In this document: positions 11,410 to 24,263 of the stretch, in pieces
Layout of the letters: every line of letters begins with the position of its first letter
How positions within the stretch are numbered: the first letter of the stretch is position 1
DNA from: Octopus vulgaris
Lineage: Eukaryota
DNA: 64,000 nucleotides
Assembly: GCA_951406725.2 (NCBI GenBank)
Contig: OX597832.1
Span: 30,628,001-30,692,000 of the forward strand
Direction of reading: 5' to 3'
The notes under the pieces: generated by a model
The model's database searches: none
The model's input: the letters and a program-made list of their open reading frames with translations, nothing else
What the model was told of the DNA's origin: nothing
Made by a program: the position numbers and the translations under genes

Positions 11410-11515
11410 CTTTTGTGCTTTCAGCTGTTGCTCTAATACTTCGATCATGGGGTTTTTATCCGTAGCAACAAAGATGAGGTTGATGCCAGTTTCAGTAACA
11501 ACAGTTTTTGTTAAT
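11410..11515 (-). CDS. POFUT1: POFUT1 exon 7 (RLTKTVV...IFVATDKNP...LKAQK), followed by a GC-AG intron
   Basis: Acceptor tttatttcag|A. The donor AAG|GCAAGT keeps frame with exon 8; the nearest GT does not. Confidence 0.9.
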
Positions 11516-11675
11516 CTGAAATAAAGGCATAAAAGAAAAAAACACAATAAAAGACTTCTTGAATTCACTTGCCTTATTCTTCGTTTTTTTTTTTTGTTTT
11601 TCTGTTGTAAATAAATTAAACAAAGCTATTTTTATCATCTACAGACAGATAGGATGAGAAATACAACTGAAAGAT

Positions 11676-11903
11676 AAGCACCAACCGATTGTGGCCATTG
11701 TCAGCCTCCCCTGGCACTTGTGCCGGTGGCATGTAAAAAGCACCCACTACACTCATGGAGTGGTTGGCGTTAGGAAGGGCATCCAGCTGTAGAAACTCTG
11801 CTAAACCAGACTGGAGCCTGGTGCAGCCTCCTGGCTTTCCCGACCCCAGTCAAACCGTCCAACCCATGCTAGCACGGAAAACGGACGTTAAACAATGATG
11901 ATG
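11676..11903 (+). mobile_element. RTE LINE 3'-end copy flanked by a 60-bp direct repeat
   Basis: 11606-11665 and 11902-11961 match at 57/60 positions. Confidence 0.85.
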
Positions 11904-12921
11904 TAAATAAATTAAACAAAGCTATTTTAATCCTCTACAGACAGACAGGATGAGAAATACATAATGAACCATATGACAAGAGATAAGCAAAGTCTTTGAA
12001 TTCTAAGAATTGGAAACAGGAAATTAGATATTGTTTAAGTGATTCATACAGGTTTTTTTCTTTTTTTGTTAAAAGCTTGTTTAAAGTAGGGCAAGATGTA
12101 ACTTTATTGTTCATCATCATCATCTTATTGGTTACAATAACTATCACATTGATGACAAAAGAGTTTGGGGGAGATTTAACTGCTATTTCTAACAGATTGA
12201 ATGACTCCACAGATTTCTTCTTTGGCTTGAAAATAAATTGGTCAAGGTATCTATACATGTAAATACACACATGTGGTAGAATAATATGCAGACATTGGTA
12301 TGTGCACTCTTGAGGGCAGAGGCATGTGGCAGTATGTGTATACATGTGTGCTGCTATATTGGTTTGTGCACATACATGTGTAATTGTATGTGCACGTGCT
12401 TGTGTGTGGTAGTATGTGCACATTTGCACGTGTAGGTACATGCACATGTTATGCACATATGGTACATATATACATGTATGTGCAGTGGTATATGCACGCT
12501 GTGTTTATGTAGCAGTGGTATGTGCACACTTGCAATTGTTAGTACATGCATATATGGTACATATATATATATCAACGAACGGGAACGTGAAACTCAGAGT
12601 AACAGGTTTTGTTGAATTTTCTGCTGCTTTAAATAAAGCATATTACTCTACCACTGGTATTTGAGTACTCTTTTTTCCACCTTGTTTCACATTTATGTGT
12701 TTACTCCGGTATATATATATATATAAATATATATATATACATATTTTTGTGTGTGTGTGCACATGAGTGCGTATGTGTATGTGTGTAGATCATGTGATGA
12801 TACATACATATGTTATGGTACGTCTATATATAAACACTTGTGTGCAGTGGTGCATGCATACTTATGTGTGTGTGGGTGTGTGTGTTTCCGGTAAGAGAAT
12901 ATAAGAGTCTGCTCACTGTAC

Positions 12922-13052
12922 CTAACGATTTCATCAGCCGACGGGAGACAAATCTGGTGCGTCACTAAACGATCTCCTCTGTAGCCGAGACACTGAGGCG
13001 AGGCCATGTAAGAAGTCATGTTGTACTTATCGACATTAGCACAGGCGTTCAC
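12922..13052 (-). CDS. POFUT1: POFUT1 exon 6 (VNACAN...MASPQCLGY...ICLPSADEIV)
   Basis: Acceptor ttttccatag|GTG, donor TAG|GTACAG. Confidence 0.94.
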
Positions 13053-13774
13053 CTATGGAAAACAAGGCATATAATTAACATTAATATTAATAATTCAGTC
13101 ATTAAAACAGTAATACACACATCTTTATGGAAAGACTTCATTTTGTACCCCCTGACCATAAAATTTTGAATTCCTACCATGTCTTATAATAATAACGATG
13201 AGAAAGTCATACAAATTAATTTCGTTTCTCTGTTATGTACATTCATGTCCCAATTTGCCTAACGTTAAGGCCTAAATTGCCTAACTCTATGAAATTTGCT
13301 TAACCAAAGCCTTGTAAGTGGAGTTGGTAGATGGAAACTGAAAAGAAGCCCGTCATATATATGTATGTGTGTGTGTGTTTGTCCCCCCCAACATCACTTG
13401 ACAACTGATGTTGGTGTGTTTACATCCCTGTAACTTAGCGGTTCGGCAAAAGAGACCGATAGAATAAGTACCAGGCTTACAAAGAATAAGTCCTGGGGTC
13501 AGTTTGCTCAGCTAAAGGCGGTACTCCAGCATGGCCACAGTCAAATGACGGAAACAAGTAAAAGAGAGTAAAAAGAGTAAAGATGAAGGAGGAAAAGGAA
13601 GAGGAAATGAAGAAGAAGAAAGAAGACAAAAATGGAGAAGAGAAAGAAGAAGGAGTAGGAGAAGGTGAAGTAGATGAAGAAAGAAGAACAACAGCAACAA
13701 CATACTCAAACCCAAATTGTTGTTGTTGTTGTAGTGAAGAGACATGAAATGGTGAAGGAGGTTCCATCACTCAC

Positions 13775-13970
13775 CCAGTCTACACCATTCCGTAGGTGAA
13801 TGCCAATGAAGTCTTTGCCTTCGAACGTGTCTTCGATGTAATCGTTGACTCGTGCCTCAATGGCGTCAGACCAATAAAGATATTTGTGGAGTGAAGCGTA
13901 TTGTTCTGATACGGGGAAGCTGGAAGGCGCTCCTCGCATGGCAACCACTGGGTATTTCGATGACGGGTAC
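13775..13970 (-). CDS. POFUT1: POFUT1 exon 5 (RYPSSKYPVVAMRGAP...GIHLRNGVDW)
   Basis: Acceptor tgtttaaag|G, donor TGG|GTGAGT; GIHLR catalytic-arginine motif. Confidence 0.96.
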
Positions 13971-14766
13971 CTTTAAACAAAAAGAAGTGGGGGAAAAAAA
14001 AACATACATAACATACACAATAAATAAACAAAATATCATAATTACACGTAGGGAGCTTTTATGTGGTCACTCAACATGCTAGAAGTAGTAGTGAAGTCTC
14101 CTCGAAATACATTGCTACTCTCTTTAACCCTTTCATTACTGTATTTATTTTGAGATGCTCTGTTTTTCTCTCAATTAATTTTAAATATAACAAAAGAATT
14201 TAGTAAAATAACTTAGTTATCATTCAGCTGGTGTTAGGGACATAAATTGTGACTTAGGTTTGGTGGAAGATTTAAATCACAACACCCTACTGTCTTAGCA
14301 AAGGACTTATTAGACAGTACAATTCTGTGTGCACTGTTTCTGGGAAACATAGGGGGATTGTCGTGGTAGGAATGCTTTTGCTTAAATGTCTGCTTTATCG
14401 TTAAATGGTGATGATGATGTCTAACTCATGCCAGCATGGAAAACAGACGTTAAATGACGATGACCAGAATGGAATCACAAGATCTGACAGAAGCTGTAGC
14501 AGATATAATCTATACTATATATTTATATTTATATATTTATATTCTCTTATATATATATTCTAATTTTATACAACACTTACTGGTTTTTATGAAGAGCATT
14601 CAGCTTTATGTACACTGCCAGATCTTGGCCTTCAGCCTTTTTATGTTTAACCCAACATGCTCTCTTATGTGATGTGGATTATATTATATATATATATATA
14701 TGATTGCAACAAGTATATCGAGGTAATTGATATTTGATTTACCTCCATTTTCTTATTCTGTAAGTA

Positions 14767-14813
<47 letters not shown>

Positions 14814-14928
14814 GTATTAAAGTCGGAGCCAAACCTATGAGCAACCAAGTAGAGGGAGAAAAGAAAAGGAGACCTAGCTTTGTGCCTCGTTTAAGATAAG
14901 AATAAACAGTCGTTAGAGATATAGTTAC

Positions 14929-15028
14929 CTTTCTTTCCATAGTTCTGGTAATTGGTAAGTGACTTTGTAAGGCATGTTGGCATCAAAATCAACTCCCAGG
15001 CCATCCCAGAAGGGCCCAAATGGGTTCC
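14929..15028 (-). CDS. POFUT1: POFUT1 exon 4 (GNPFGPFWDGLGVDF...LWKE)
   Basis: Acceptor ttacttgcag|GG, donor AAG|GTAACT. Confidence 0.95.
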
Positions 15029-15824
15029 CTGCAAGTAAAAACAAAAGAAAAAAGAAAAAAACAAAACGATATACACATCCAGGAAACAGAAAGATTGTTA
15101 AATTGTTATCATTATTATTATTACGTATCAGTTATGCACTGGGGTCAAAGTAATCAACTAGACCCCCTCCCCCCCAAATGTCTTGTGTCTATAGCAGAAA
15201 GGATGATGATGGTGGTAGTGTTGTTGTTGTTGTAGGAGGAGGAGGAGGATTGTTAGAGCCCCAAATAAAATTGCTATGTAGTATCTAGTTAGAGTTCTTT
15301 TACATTCTGAGTTCAAATCTTGTCCAGGTTGATTCTGCATTAAGTAATTAATCATTGTTCCCATCCGAGACACTACTTGGCCTTCAACCTACAGAAGACA
15401 TCATCACCACCACCACCACCATTATAAAGAGCAGCAGAATGGCAGAGTTCAAACTGGGTTTTTTTTTGGGTTTTTTTTTTTGTGGTGGGGATGTAGAATC
15501 AGTTACATCGACCCCAATATGTAACTGGTTCCTTATTTTATCAACCCTGGGGGTGACAATAAGCAACCTTAATTGAGGTGGAATTTGAACTTGGAAACGT
15601 AAGTGAGTGTGAACTAAATCAACTCAGCGTCGTGTTTTGTTGGACGCTCCTCCGCTTCTCCTGACCCAGAATTAAAACAAAACAATAACAGTTCACCTCT
15701 TTCTTTATCTTGGCAATCTTTGTAGGAGTAAAATCAACATTGAATCGTTATCAAACATTATTGTCGTTTCTGTAAAGGTGATGGCAGCCATTTCTGCTGA
15801 CTCATTGCTCTTCGTTTCATTTTC

Positions 15825-16186
15825 AATCATTATCATCATTATCATCATCATCATCATTGTCGTCATCATCCTCATCATCGTCATCGTCATCATCATCATC
15901 ATCGTCATCATCATCATCATCATCATCATCGTCGTCGTCATCATCCTCATCATCATCGTCATCATCGTCATCATCCTCATCATCATCGTCATCAGCATCA
16001 TCATCATCATCATCGTCATGGTCATCATCATCGTCATCATCGTCATCATCATCGTCATCATCCTCATCATCATCATTGTCGTCTTCGTCATTATCACCAT
16101 CAGCATCATCGTCATCATCAGCATCATCGTCATCATCAGCATCATCATCGTCATCATCGTCGTTGTCATCATCATCGTCGTCATTA
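15825..16186. repeat. Long interrupted (ATC)n microsatellite in POFUT1 intron 3
   Basis: Seen directly; source of the poly-Asp, poly-Ser and poly-Met ORFs. Confidence 0.95.
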
Positions 16187-16199
16187 AATGAGAACATGA

Positions 16200-16770
16200 A
16201 GACAGATGAAATACTGCTGAGAAACTTGCCCAAGCATGTTAACAATTCTGCCAACTCGTTGCCTTAAATAATCCTTTCTACTCAAGGCACAAGGCCTGAA
16301 ATTTTGGAGAGGGGGGGAGGTACTTAATTTATTGACCCTGAAAGGATGAAAGGCAAAATTGACTATGGCAGAATTTGAACTCAGAACATAAGGGTGGACA
16401 AAATGCTGCTAACGATTCTGCCAGCTCACCACCTTAATAATAATAATCCTTTCTACTATAGGCACACAAGGCCTGAAATTTAAGGGAGGGGGACAAGTTG
16501 ATTACAATGACCCCAGTGTTTCACTGGTACTTAATTTATTGACCCCCCCAAAAGGAGGATGAAAGACAAAGTGGACCTCAGCAGAATTTGAACTCGGAAC
16601 GTAAGGATGGATGAAATGCCACAAAGCATTTTGCCCAGCATGCTAACGATTCTACAAGCTCGCTGCCTTAATAATAATAATGATAATAATAATCTTTTCT
16701 ACTCTAGGCACAAGGCCCAAAATTTTTGGGGAATGGGGGCCAGTTGATTAGATTGACCCCAGTACACAAA
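16200..16770 (-). mobile_element. Cluster of SINE family A fragments
   Basis: Repeated gaaaggatgaaaggcaaa...gaatttgaactc...gattctgccagctc blocks with (TAA)n tails. Confidence 0.7.
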
Positions 16771-18974
16771 GACACACACACATATACATACACATATATA
16801 CATACACGCACGACAATCTTCTTTCAGTTTCCATCTACCAAATCCACTCACAAAGCATTGGTCTGCTCGAGGCTATAGAAGATACTTGGCCAAGGTGCCA
16901 CGCAGTAGGATTGAACCTGGAACCACATGGTTAGGAAGCAAACTCCTTACTACATGGCCATGCCTGCACCTGTGTATATATATATTTGTCTGTGTGTTTG
17001 TTTACATTTGTTCTCTGCAAAAATCACTGAGCTAGAAGCAGTGATGTTGTTTTCATTTTCCCCTATTCACACATTATTCGATGGCTTTGTGCCCTTGAAG
17101 CTACGTAGAAACAAGAGACCCCTTGCTCAACAACAAGTAAGGGTTAGAGAAAGGACAAAGAGTACCCGGCTGAAGAACAATGCTTCAGTAATATACCTGT
17201 CTAACCTAGTCTAGCCTGGAAAAACAGATGCAAACAGGAGGGAAACAAAACAAAATTCTATTTTCCTAAATTAATAAATGTACAATTGCATAAATTTACT
17301 TAGTGATTCTTTAGTCCTTACTTTGGTAAAAATGGTAAAGTTTATGCTTTGCTGATGAGACATAACCCATGTGGTCAATTGTATTTAATGGAAACATGAA
17401 AATAATATTAGTCGTTAATATCATTGTTTGATCACTGCATACTTAGTCGTAATTAGCTTTTTTATTGCTCCATGCATTAAATATGTTAATACTAACTTAC
17501 CTGAGTAAAAATACTGGAGACACAACTCTGGGCATGTTTCCGGCTTATTCTGACCTCTTCAGCAAAACATAGTCTTCCCCATAATTGCTGAAGTAGTGAT
17601 GGATGAATCACTAAGTAAAATATATAAGATTGCACACGAGCCATCGTAAAAGCCTACACATAGTCATCTGACCTACAAGGAATAGCAACCAAAATTGCTC
17701 TCAAATCACTATGTACTGTGGGCCCGAGAAATAGACAGGATGACCATGTTAGGAAATCTTTGACCATTAGCCTGACTGGGGACTAAACACCAAAACATTT
17801 GTTGACAATCATTTAAGACTTTAAACAATATGATACTAAGATGAGCAGGCAGAATCGTTAGCACACCAGGTAAAATGCTTAGTGGCATTTTGTCTGTCCT
17901 CACTTTCCAAGTTCAAATTCTGCCAAGATTGACTTTGCCTTTCATCCTTTCAGGGTCAATAAAATAAGTACCAGTTACGCACTGGGGTCGCTTGAATCAA
18001 CTTATCTCCTCCTCCGAAATTGCTAGCCTTGCACCAAAATTTGAAATCAATATCTTATAAAGGTAACAGTGAATGATTGTATCACAAGATGGCTCAATGT
18101 ATAAGGTACAAGTCTACCTGGGCTTAAGTGCTCAAATTGCTTCATATATATGACTATACCCACTATGATTTCTGTCGACTCCCTCAGTCCCCTTCCTAAC
18201 AGACACTGCTCCTTGTTCTTTCGGCCTTAGATACACAAAGATTTGATAAAACTAGTCTATAAATTAAAACTGACCCCATAAAACAGTGACAAGCAAAATC
18301 TGTAACAAGTCTTTCTTTCTGATACCTTAGTAGCTTCTAAGCTGAAGTGAAGGACAGCATGTTCTCTGTTTATCTCCTTACCTTCTTGGAGATTTTATGT
18401 AAAATTATACTAATGTGTCCATCTGTTTTAATTTAATTAAATTCTATTTCTTTATGCAGCTGAGGATTGCTCTGCATTTAAATTGACGTAATGATTGCAT
18501 TGTTCAATTAAATGGAGTCGCTTGAAACGATCGTACTGCATTACCTCTGGATATCCTTGTTGCTTATTTTGATTTTATATATATATATATATAGTAAATC
18601 CAAAAAAAAGAACAATACCAAAAAACAACAACAACAAGCGGACGTGGTAAAGTATTAGCTCAGGGAAGGAAAGATGGTTTCACATGTGGTTATATATATA
18701 TATACTTTGTGGGATAACCAGGCTACCATTGGTTTCATGTTAAGTGAGATATCTCTCAACAATTGTTCACGTTTTGCCACATGGACATTACTGTTTGTCT
18801 CCATCTTGGATTAAAAGATAAGATCTCATGAGATTCTGAAGTAAGCGAATAAATATACATCACTGGGTAATAACTCCCTTGAACTAAGTTTGAATTTTAT
18901 AAATAAATATGTGCATGCAGACACACACAACCCTACCGTCATTATACACATTCCATATGTGCACTTGGTAGTTT

Positions 18975-19370
18975 AGGAGTGGCTGTGTGGTAAGTAGCTT
19001 GCTAACCAACCACATGGTTCGGGGTTCAGTCCCACTGTGTGGGATCTTGGGCAAGTGTCTTCTGCTATAGCCCCGGGCCGACCAATGCCTTGTGAGTGGA
19101 TTTGGTAGACGGAAACTGAAAGAAGCCTGTCGTATATATGTATATATATGTGTGTGTGTGTGTGTTTGTCCGTGTTTGTCCCCCTAGCATTGCTTGACAA
19201 CCGATGCTGGTGTGTTTACGTCCCCGTCACTTAGCGGTTCGGCAAAAGAGAACGATAGAATAAGTACTGGGCTTACAAAGAATAAGCCCTGGGGTCGATT
19301 TGCTCGACTAAAGGCGGTGCTCCAGCATGGCCACTGTCAAAGGACTGAAACAAGTAAAAGAGTAAAAGAG
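18975..19370 (+). mobile_element. Full-length SINE family B
   Basis: tRNA-like A/B boxes, internal (TA)(TG)n tract, tail GTAAAAGAGTAAAAGAG. Confidence 0.85.
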
Positions 19371-19565
19371 TATGATTGCGGAATTTAACTTGTTTTGTCT
19401 CATGTTGTAAATTCACAGGATTGCGTATTTGTATGTTTGTGCACATATTTCTATACACGTTTGTGCATATATTCGTATGCGTGTGTATATATCCATTCTG
19501 TAAATCATTTGGTATCAGAAAAACAAAACAAAACCCTCACAGAGGACATTGTAATAATAACTTAC

Positions 19566-19743
19566 CTTCTTTCATTCGACAGTCTTTCATTTTGTTTTCT
19601 CCTACTGCGAAACACCAGCCCGTACGATTCCCAGGAGGCCAGTATGTTGGTGCGAGATAAGCCATGAAATCTTCTGCTAGGATCAGAGAATGGTACGTGG
19701 ACAAAGGCTCAACACGAAACCATTCATCAAATGGTATGTTTTT
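19566..19743 (-). CDS. POFUT1: POFUT1 exon 3 (KNIPFDEWF...LAPTYWPP...DCRMKE)
   Basis: Acceptor gtcttcacag|AAA, donor AAG|GTAAGT; within ORF 19537..19821. Confidence 0.96.
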
Positions 19744-21335
19744 CTGTGAAGACAGAAACATGTGGGTATGTACATATATATTTATATACATACATGCACA
19801 TACACCTATGCATATATACACACATCACTCTCTCTTTATACACACACACATATCACGTAAAAGCACCCACTACACTCTTGGAGTGGTTTGTGTTAGGAAG
19901 GGCATCCAGCTGTAGAAACTCTGACAGATCAAGATTGGAGCCTGGTGCAGCCATCTGGTTCGCCAGACCTCAGTCAAATCGTCCAACCCATGCTAGCATG
20001 GAAAGTGGATGTGAAATGATGATGACTATCGCCTAGAAGGAAGTTCTAACAAGAACTAGGGATCCTTCACTGCTAATTAACCGATAGCTGGGACGCCAAC
20101 AGGTGCTACTACTCCAGGTCAGAGCAGACCTTGGAACAATAGCAGCTAAGAGATGGTTCTACGCTCCTTAAAACCCTGAAACTCCTGTACCAGGGCCTCA
20201 CTACCAAATTCAGCCTAGGATCATACCCATGATGGCTGCAACCTGATGTGGAGCAATGTCCTTGGTTGATTGTTCTCTTCAACACTAGCAGCATGGATGC
20301 GGCTTTTCAGCACTGCAAAGGACCTTGACTCTTTGGCAAAGATATGGCAATGATGGGTGCCTATTGGAGCAGGTGTTCAGAGAGCTTACCAACTTTGCTG
20401 ACACATGCCTTCATTCCATCATGGAATTTTTCGTTGAGTGTTTAGCAGTTTTTAACAGTGGCCAGCCACAGTATGCAATGCATAATAGAGATGTTAAAAT
20501 CATCATTTAACGTCCGTTTTTCATGCTAGCATGGGTTGGACCATTTGACTGAGGTCTGGCGAACCAGACTCCAATCTGATCTGGCAGAGTTTCTACAGCT
20601 GGATGCCCTTCCTAACGCCAACCACTCCAAGAGTGTAGTGGGTGCTTTTACATGCCACCAGCACAAGGGCCAGTTTGGTGGTACTGGCAACGGCCAGGCC
20701 CAAATGGTGCTTTTTATGTGCCACCTGCACAGGAGCCAGTCCAGCGGCACTGGCGACGATCTCGCTTGGGCAACGATACGTTTATATAGAGAGAGCAGAT
20801 CAATGAAATTGCACAGTAGAAAGAGAGTGTAGATTTCCCAGTGTAAAGTGGTAAAGTTGATACCATCATCATCATTGAACATATTTTCTATGTTGGCATT
20901 GGTTGGACAGTTTGACTGGAGCTGGTAGGGCCAGGAGCCACACCAGAGTCCAGTATATCTGTTCTGGCACTGTTTCTATGGTTACTGGATGCCCTTCCTA
21001 ACACCAACCACCCCACAGAGTGGACTGGGTGCTTTTTATGTGGCACCAGCGTCAGTTCTTTTTTATATTTATATATATTTAAGTTGAATACCTTTGCTAA
21101 AAGAAACGACCAACCTATTTTAAAATACCTGACATATACGACAACGAAAAATGGTTTTCTCTTTTGTCGTATGTATCAGACAGACAGCAAAGGACTGCGA
21201 CATGTGAGGAAATGTTGTGCTGGAACAGATGAATCTAATTCACGGCAGCATGGAAAAAAAATCAGCAGAAACTGACAATGACGATGGTTAGGATCACCAT
21301 CATCATCTTAATAATTTAAAGGAAGAAAATCTTAC

Positions 21336-21430
21336 ATATGTTCTCCATGGTGGCAAGACTATTGTGCGGTTAATGGCTTTTGCAAAACCAAGAGCACCAA
21401 GAAATTGTTCTGCTTGGTTGCCAAAACGTC
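21336..21430 (-). CDS. POFUT1: POFUT1 exon 2 ([32 protein letters not shown])
   Basis: Acceptor ctttttcaag|GA, donor TAT|GTAAGA; RFGNQ GDP-fucose-binding motif. Confidence 0.96.
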
Positions 21431-22311
21431 CTTGAAAAAGAAGACAAAAGACAAAAAAGACACAATTTTTGAAAAATTTTGATTTAAAAAAAATTTGTGA
21501 AAAACATTTGTAGCTAGATTACTCAGTCTCCTTTAGTAATTACTCTGAAATTAAATCGTTATAGTTTTAATTTTATCCTAATACATTGGAATCTTACTCA
21601 TCACTTTTACCTTGAGATTTTGTTCTGAGGTGTACAAGCTGTTACTCCCCACCCCCGTTCCATCTGCTGCTCTTAAATCCCCCCTACCACCACCACCACC
21701 TTTTCATTTTCTAGGTGAAGTCCTTATGGTTTTGTTGCTTTTTTTCTTTATAATTTAATCTTTTATATTTTTTAATGTTTCTTTTTTTTCTTTCTTCTCT
21801 TCCTGCAAAAATATGTTGGCAATAAAAAAAAACAAAATCTAACTGGTGAAAAAAAAATAACCATAAAAAATTTGCTGTTGAAACCAAAACATTAAAAAAA
21901 AAATTTCAAATCAATTTTTTTTCTTTCAGATTAATTTATTAGAAAGAACTGACAATTTGGTGAAGAATTTGAAGAATTTAGTTGCACTGATACATGCATT
22001 ACAAGACAAATAAGAAATAGAAAACTGGATGAAAGTGCCAAGAGGTTAGCAGTTCATTTCCTATCAAAGGGAGCGTGTTATTTCCATGGTCAAGATCCTT
22101 AAAATCTCATCATGTCCATTTAGCTGAAACTTCCTATATACATCACCACCGTTTAACACCTGTTTTCCATGCTGGCATGGGTTGGCTGACTTGATAGGAA
22201 CTGGTGTGTTAGAGGCCTGCAACCAAGCTCCAAGGTCTGCTTTGATAGTTTCTACAGCTGGAAGCCTTCCTAACACCAACCAAATCCTTCCACCGATGTG
22301 TAGAGTGTTAA

Positions 22312-22528
22312 CCCTTTCGTTACCAACCCGGCTGAAACTGGCTCTGGCTTTGTAATATAAATGTCTTGTTTTCATAAGTTTTGAATTAAAATCTTCCACC
22401 AAACCTTAGTCACAATTAATGTTCCTAACACTAGCTTAATGATAACGAAGTTATTTTACTAAATTCTTTGTTATATTTAAAATAACTAAAACACAAAGCA
22501 TCTCAAAATAAATACAGTAACGAAAGGG
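22312..22528. mobile_element. piggyBac-like MITE
   Basis: TIRs CCCTTTCGTTAC / GTAACGAAAGGG with TTAA on both sides; related copies near 14128, 32096, 32277 and 44457. Confidence 0.88.
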
Positions 22529-23479
22529 TTAAGGTAAGTGGCTTTATGCCAGGTGATGACAGGTAACAGCATGATAAGAGAACAGGAACAGGTGTGTCAC
22601 AGTTAGGGCAACACATGGTTAACCCAGTTGGAAATGAGAGATGATGGCGAAGCATACGCTCAAGTCCAAAGGAGAATAAATATAAGAGAATTGTATCAAT
22701 TCTCTTATATTCATTCTCCTTTGGACTGGCTTCTGTGCTGGTGGCACGTAAAAAGCACCAACCGATTGTGGCCGCTGCCAGCCTCCCTGGCACCTGTGCC
22801 AGTGGCATGTAAAAAGCACCCACTACACTCACAGAGTGGTTGGCGTTAGGAAGGGCATCCAGTTGTAGAAACACTGCCAGATCAGACTGGAGCCTGGTGT
22901 GGCCTCCTCCTGGCTTCCCAGACCCCAGTCGAACCGTCCAACCCATGCTAGCATGGAAAACAGACGTTAAATGATGATGATGATGACTTGGCAGGGTAAG
23001 TTCACAAGAGTGTGGAAGGAGGGTGAAGGATGGACAGAGATGGGAATAGAAGGAAATGCAGTGAGTGGTGAACATGGGTGAAGGTGTGACCATCATCATC
23101 ATTTAACGTGTTTTCTATGCTGGTATAAGTCTGACGGTTTAACAGGAACAGGCAAGTCAGAAGACTACACAAAGCTTTACCGTCTGTTTTTGGCATGGTT
23201 TCTACAGCTGGGTGCCTCCCCTAACGCCAACCACTTTGCAGAGAGTACTCAGTGCCTTTTATGTGGCACCTGCAGCAGCTGCGAGGTTACCAAGTAACTT
23301 GCAGGACAAGATCCCTCAACTGGGGAAGAGCAGTATTGAGGGACGGTAGTATCGAGTGGACACGTGAGCGAGTACGGAGGAAGGGGCACAGCGGTTCCCC
23401 TTCGAGGGAGAGGGAGGAGTCATGGACTTGAACTTCACTTTACTGGGCAGATCTTCTAAAGCACGGCAGTTGTCTTGGT

Positions 23480-23830
23480 CCTTTGTCACCCAAACACCAG
23501 ATTATTGATGAAATCTCACACAGAATAAGAGCAGGGCAGAAGGTATTTACCTTAATTAAAGATGTATCAAGTAACAGATTGGTCAAGACCCTACATACCT
23601 ATCTCTTCAATAATACCACCCTACCCTTATGCAGGCGAGACATCGGCCACTACGAAAAAAAAAAGGGACTAGCTATGACATAGAGGGCAATGGAAAGATC
23701 AACGCTAGGAATATTGTTGCAGAAACGTATCTGAAATGAAGAAAATTCGAGAATGGAGTAGAGTGAACGATCGCAGAATATTGAAAGCCCCCAGTTCTAC
23801 TGGGTCAGACATGTAAGGCTCAGGTGGACC
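23480..23830 (+). mobile_element. Decayed RTE-type LINE ORF fragment (second family)
   Basis: Translates to EISHRIRAGQKVF...LFNNTTLP...RAMERSTLG, with stops and frameshifts, resembling an RTE C-terminal region. Confidence 0.6.
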
Positions 23831-23959
23831 CGAGACGGCCTAAGTCCACCCTGTTGTTATTTCTTCCATGTTATTGACTCTTCGTGGATATTTTGTATTT
23901 CATTAACAACTTTATAGGACTTGTACGGCGACACTAAATCATGTTTAATTATCCGTATG

Positions 23960-24263
23960 GGATCTTTTCGCTTTGACCGTCAGATTTTAAAAATAATTTT
24001 TTTGTAACTAAACACTTTCAAAACAAATACCCGTGTGTGGCCATAAACTGAGGGGTCACTCGTAAGCAGAACTGGATAACAAAACCGTTCCCTTTTTGTG
24101 TCCACCCATAATTATGACCCTAGTATCGATCTATTGCATTTCAATCTGTTTTAGGGTTAGGGTTGGGGGGAGGGTATCTTTTTTTCTTCAGAAATGTAAA
24201 TAAACCCAATCTGTTTCTTAAATGAATATATAATGTGTACTGCCGGTCAAAGCGAAAAGATCC
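23960..24263. mobile_element. GG-ended MITE (Merlin-like)
   Basis: TIR GGATCTTTTCGCTTTGACCG / CGGTCAAAGCGAAAAGATCC; flanks tccgtatg / actgtatg (6/8 match). Confidence 0.8.

Noticed and set aside
15705-16267. Poly-Asp, poly-Ser, poly-Met and poly-Ile ORFs (also 7835-8126 and 31048-31333)
   Set aside because: They are translations of (ATC)n/(ATT)n microsatellites, open in several frames, with no splice or homology support.
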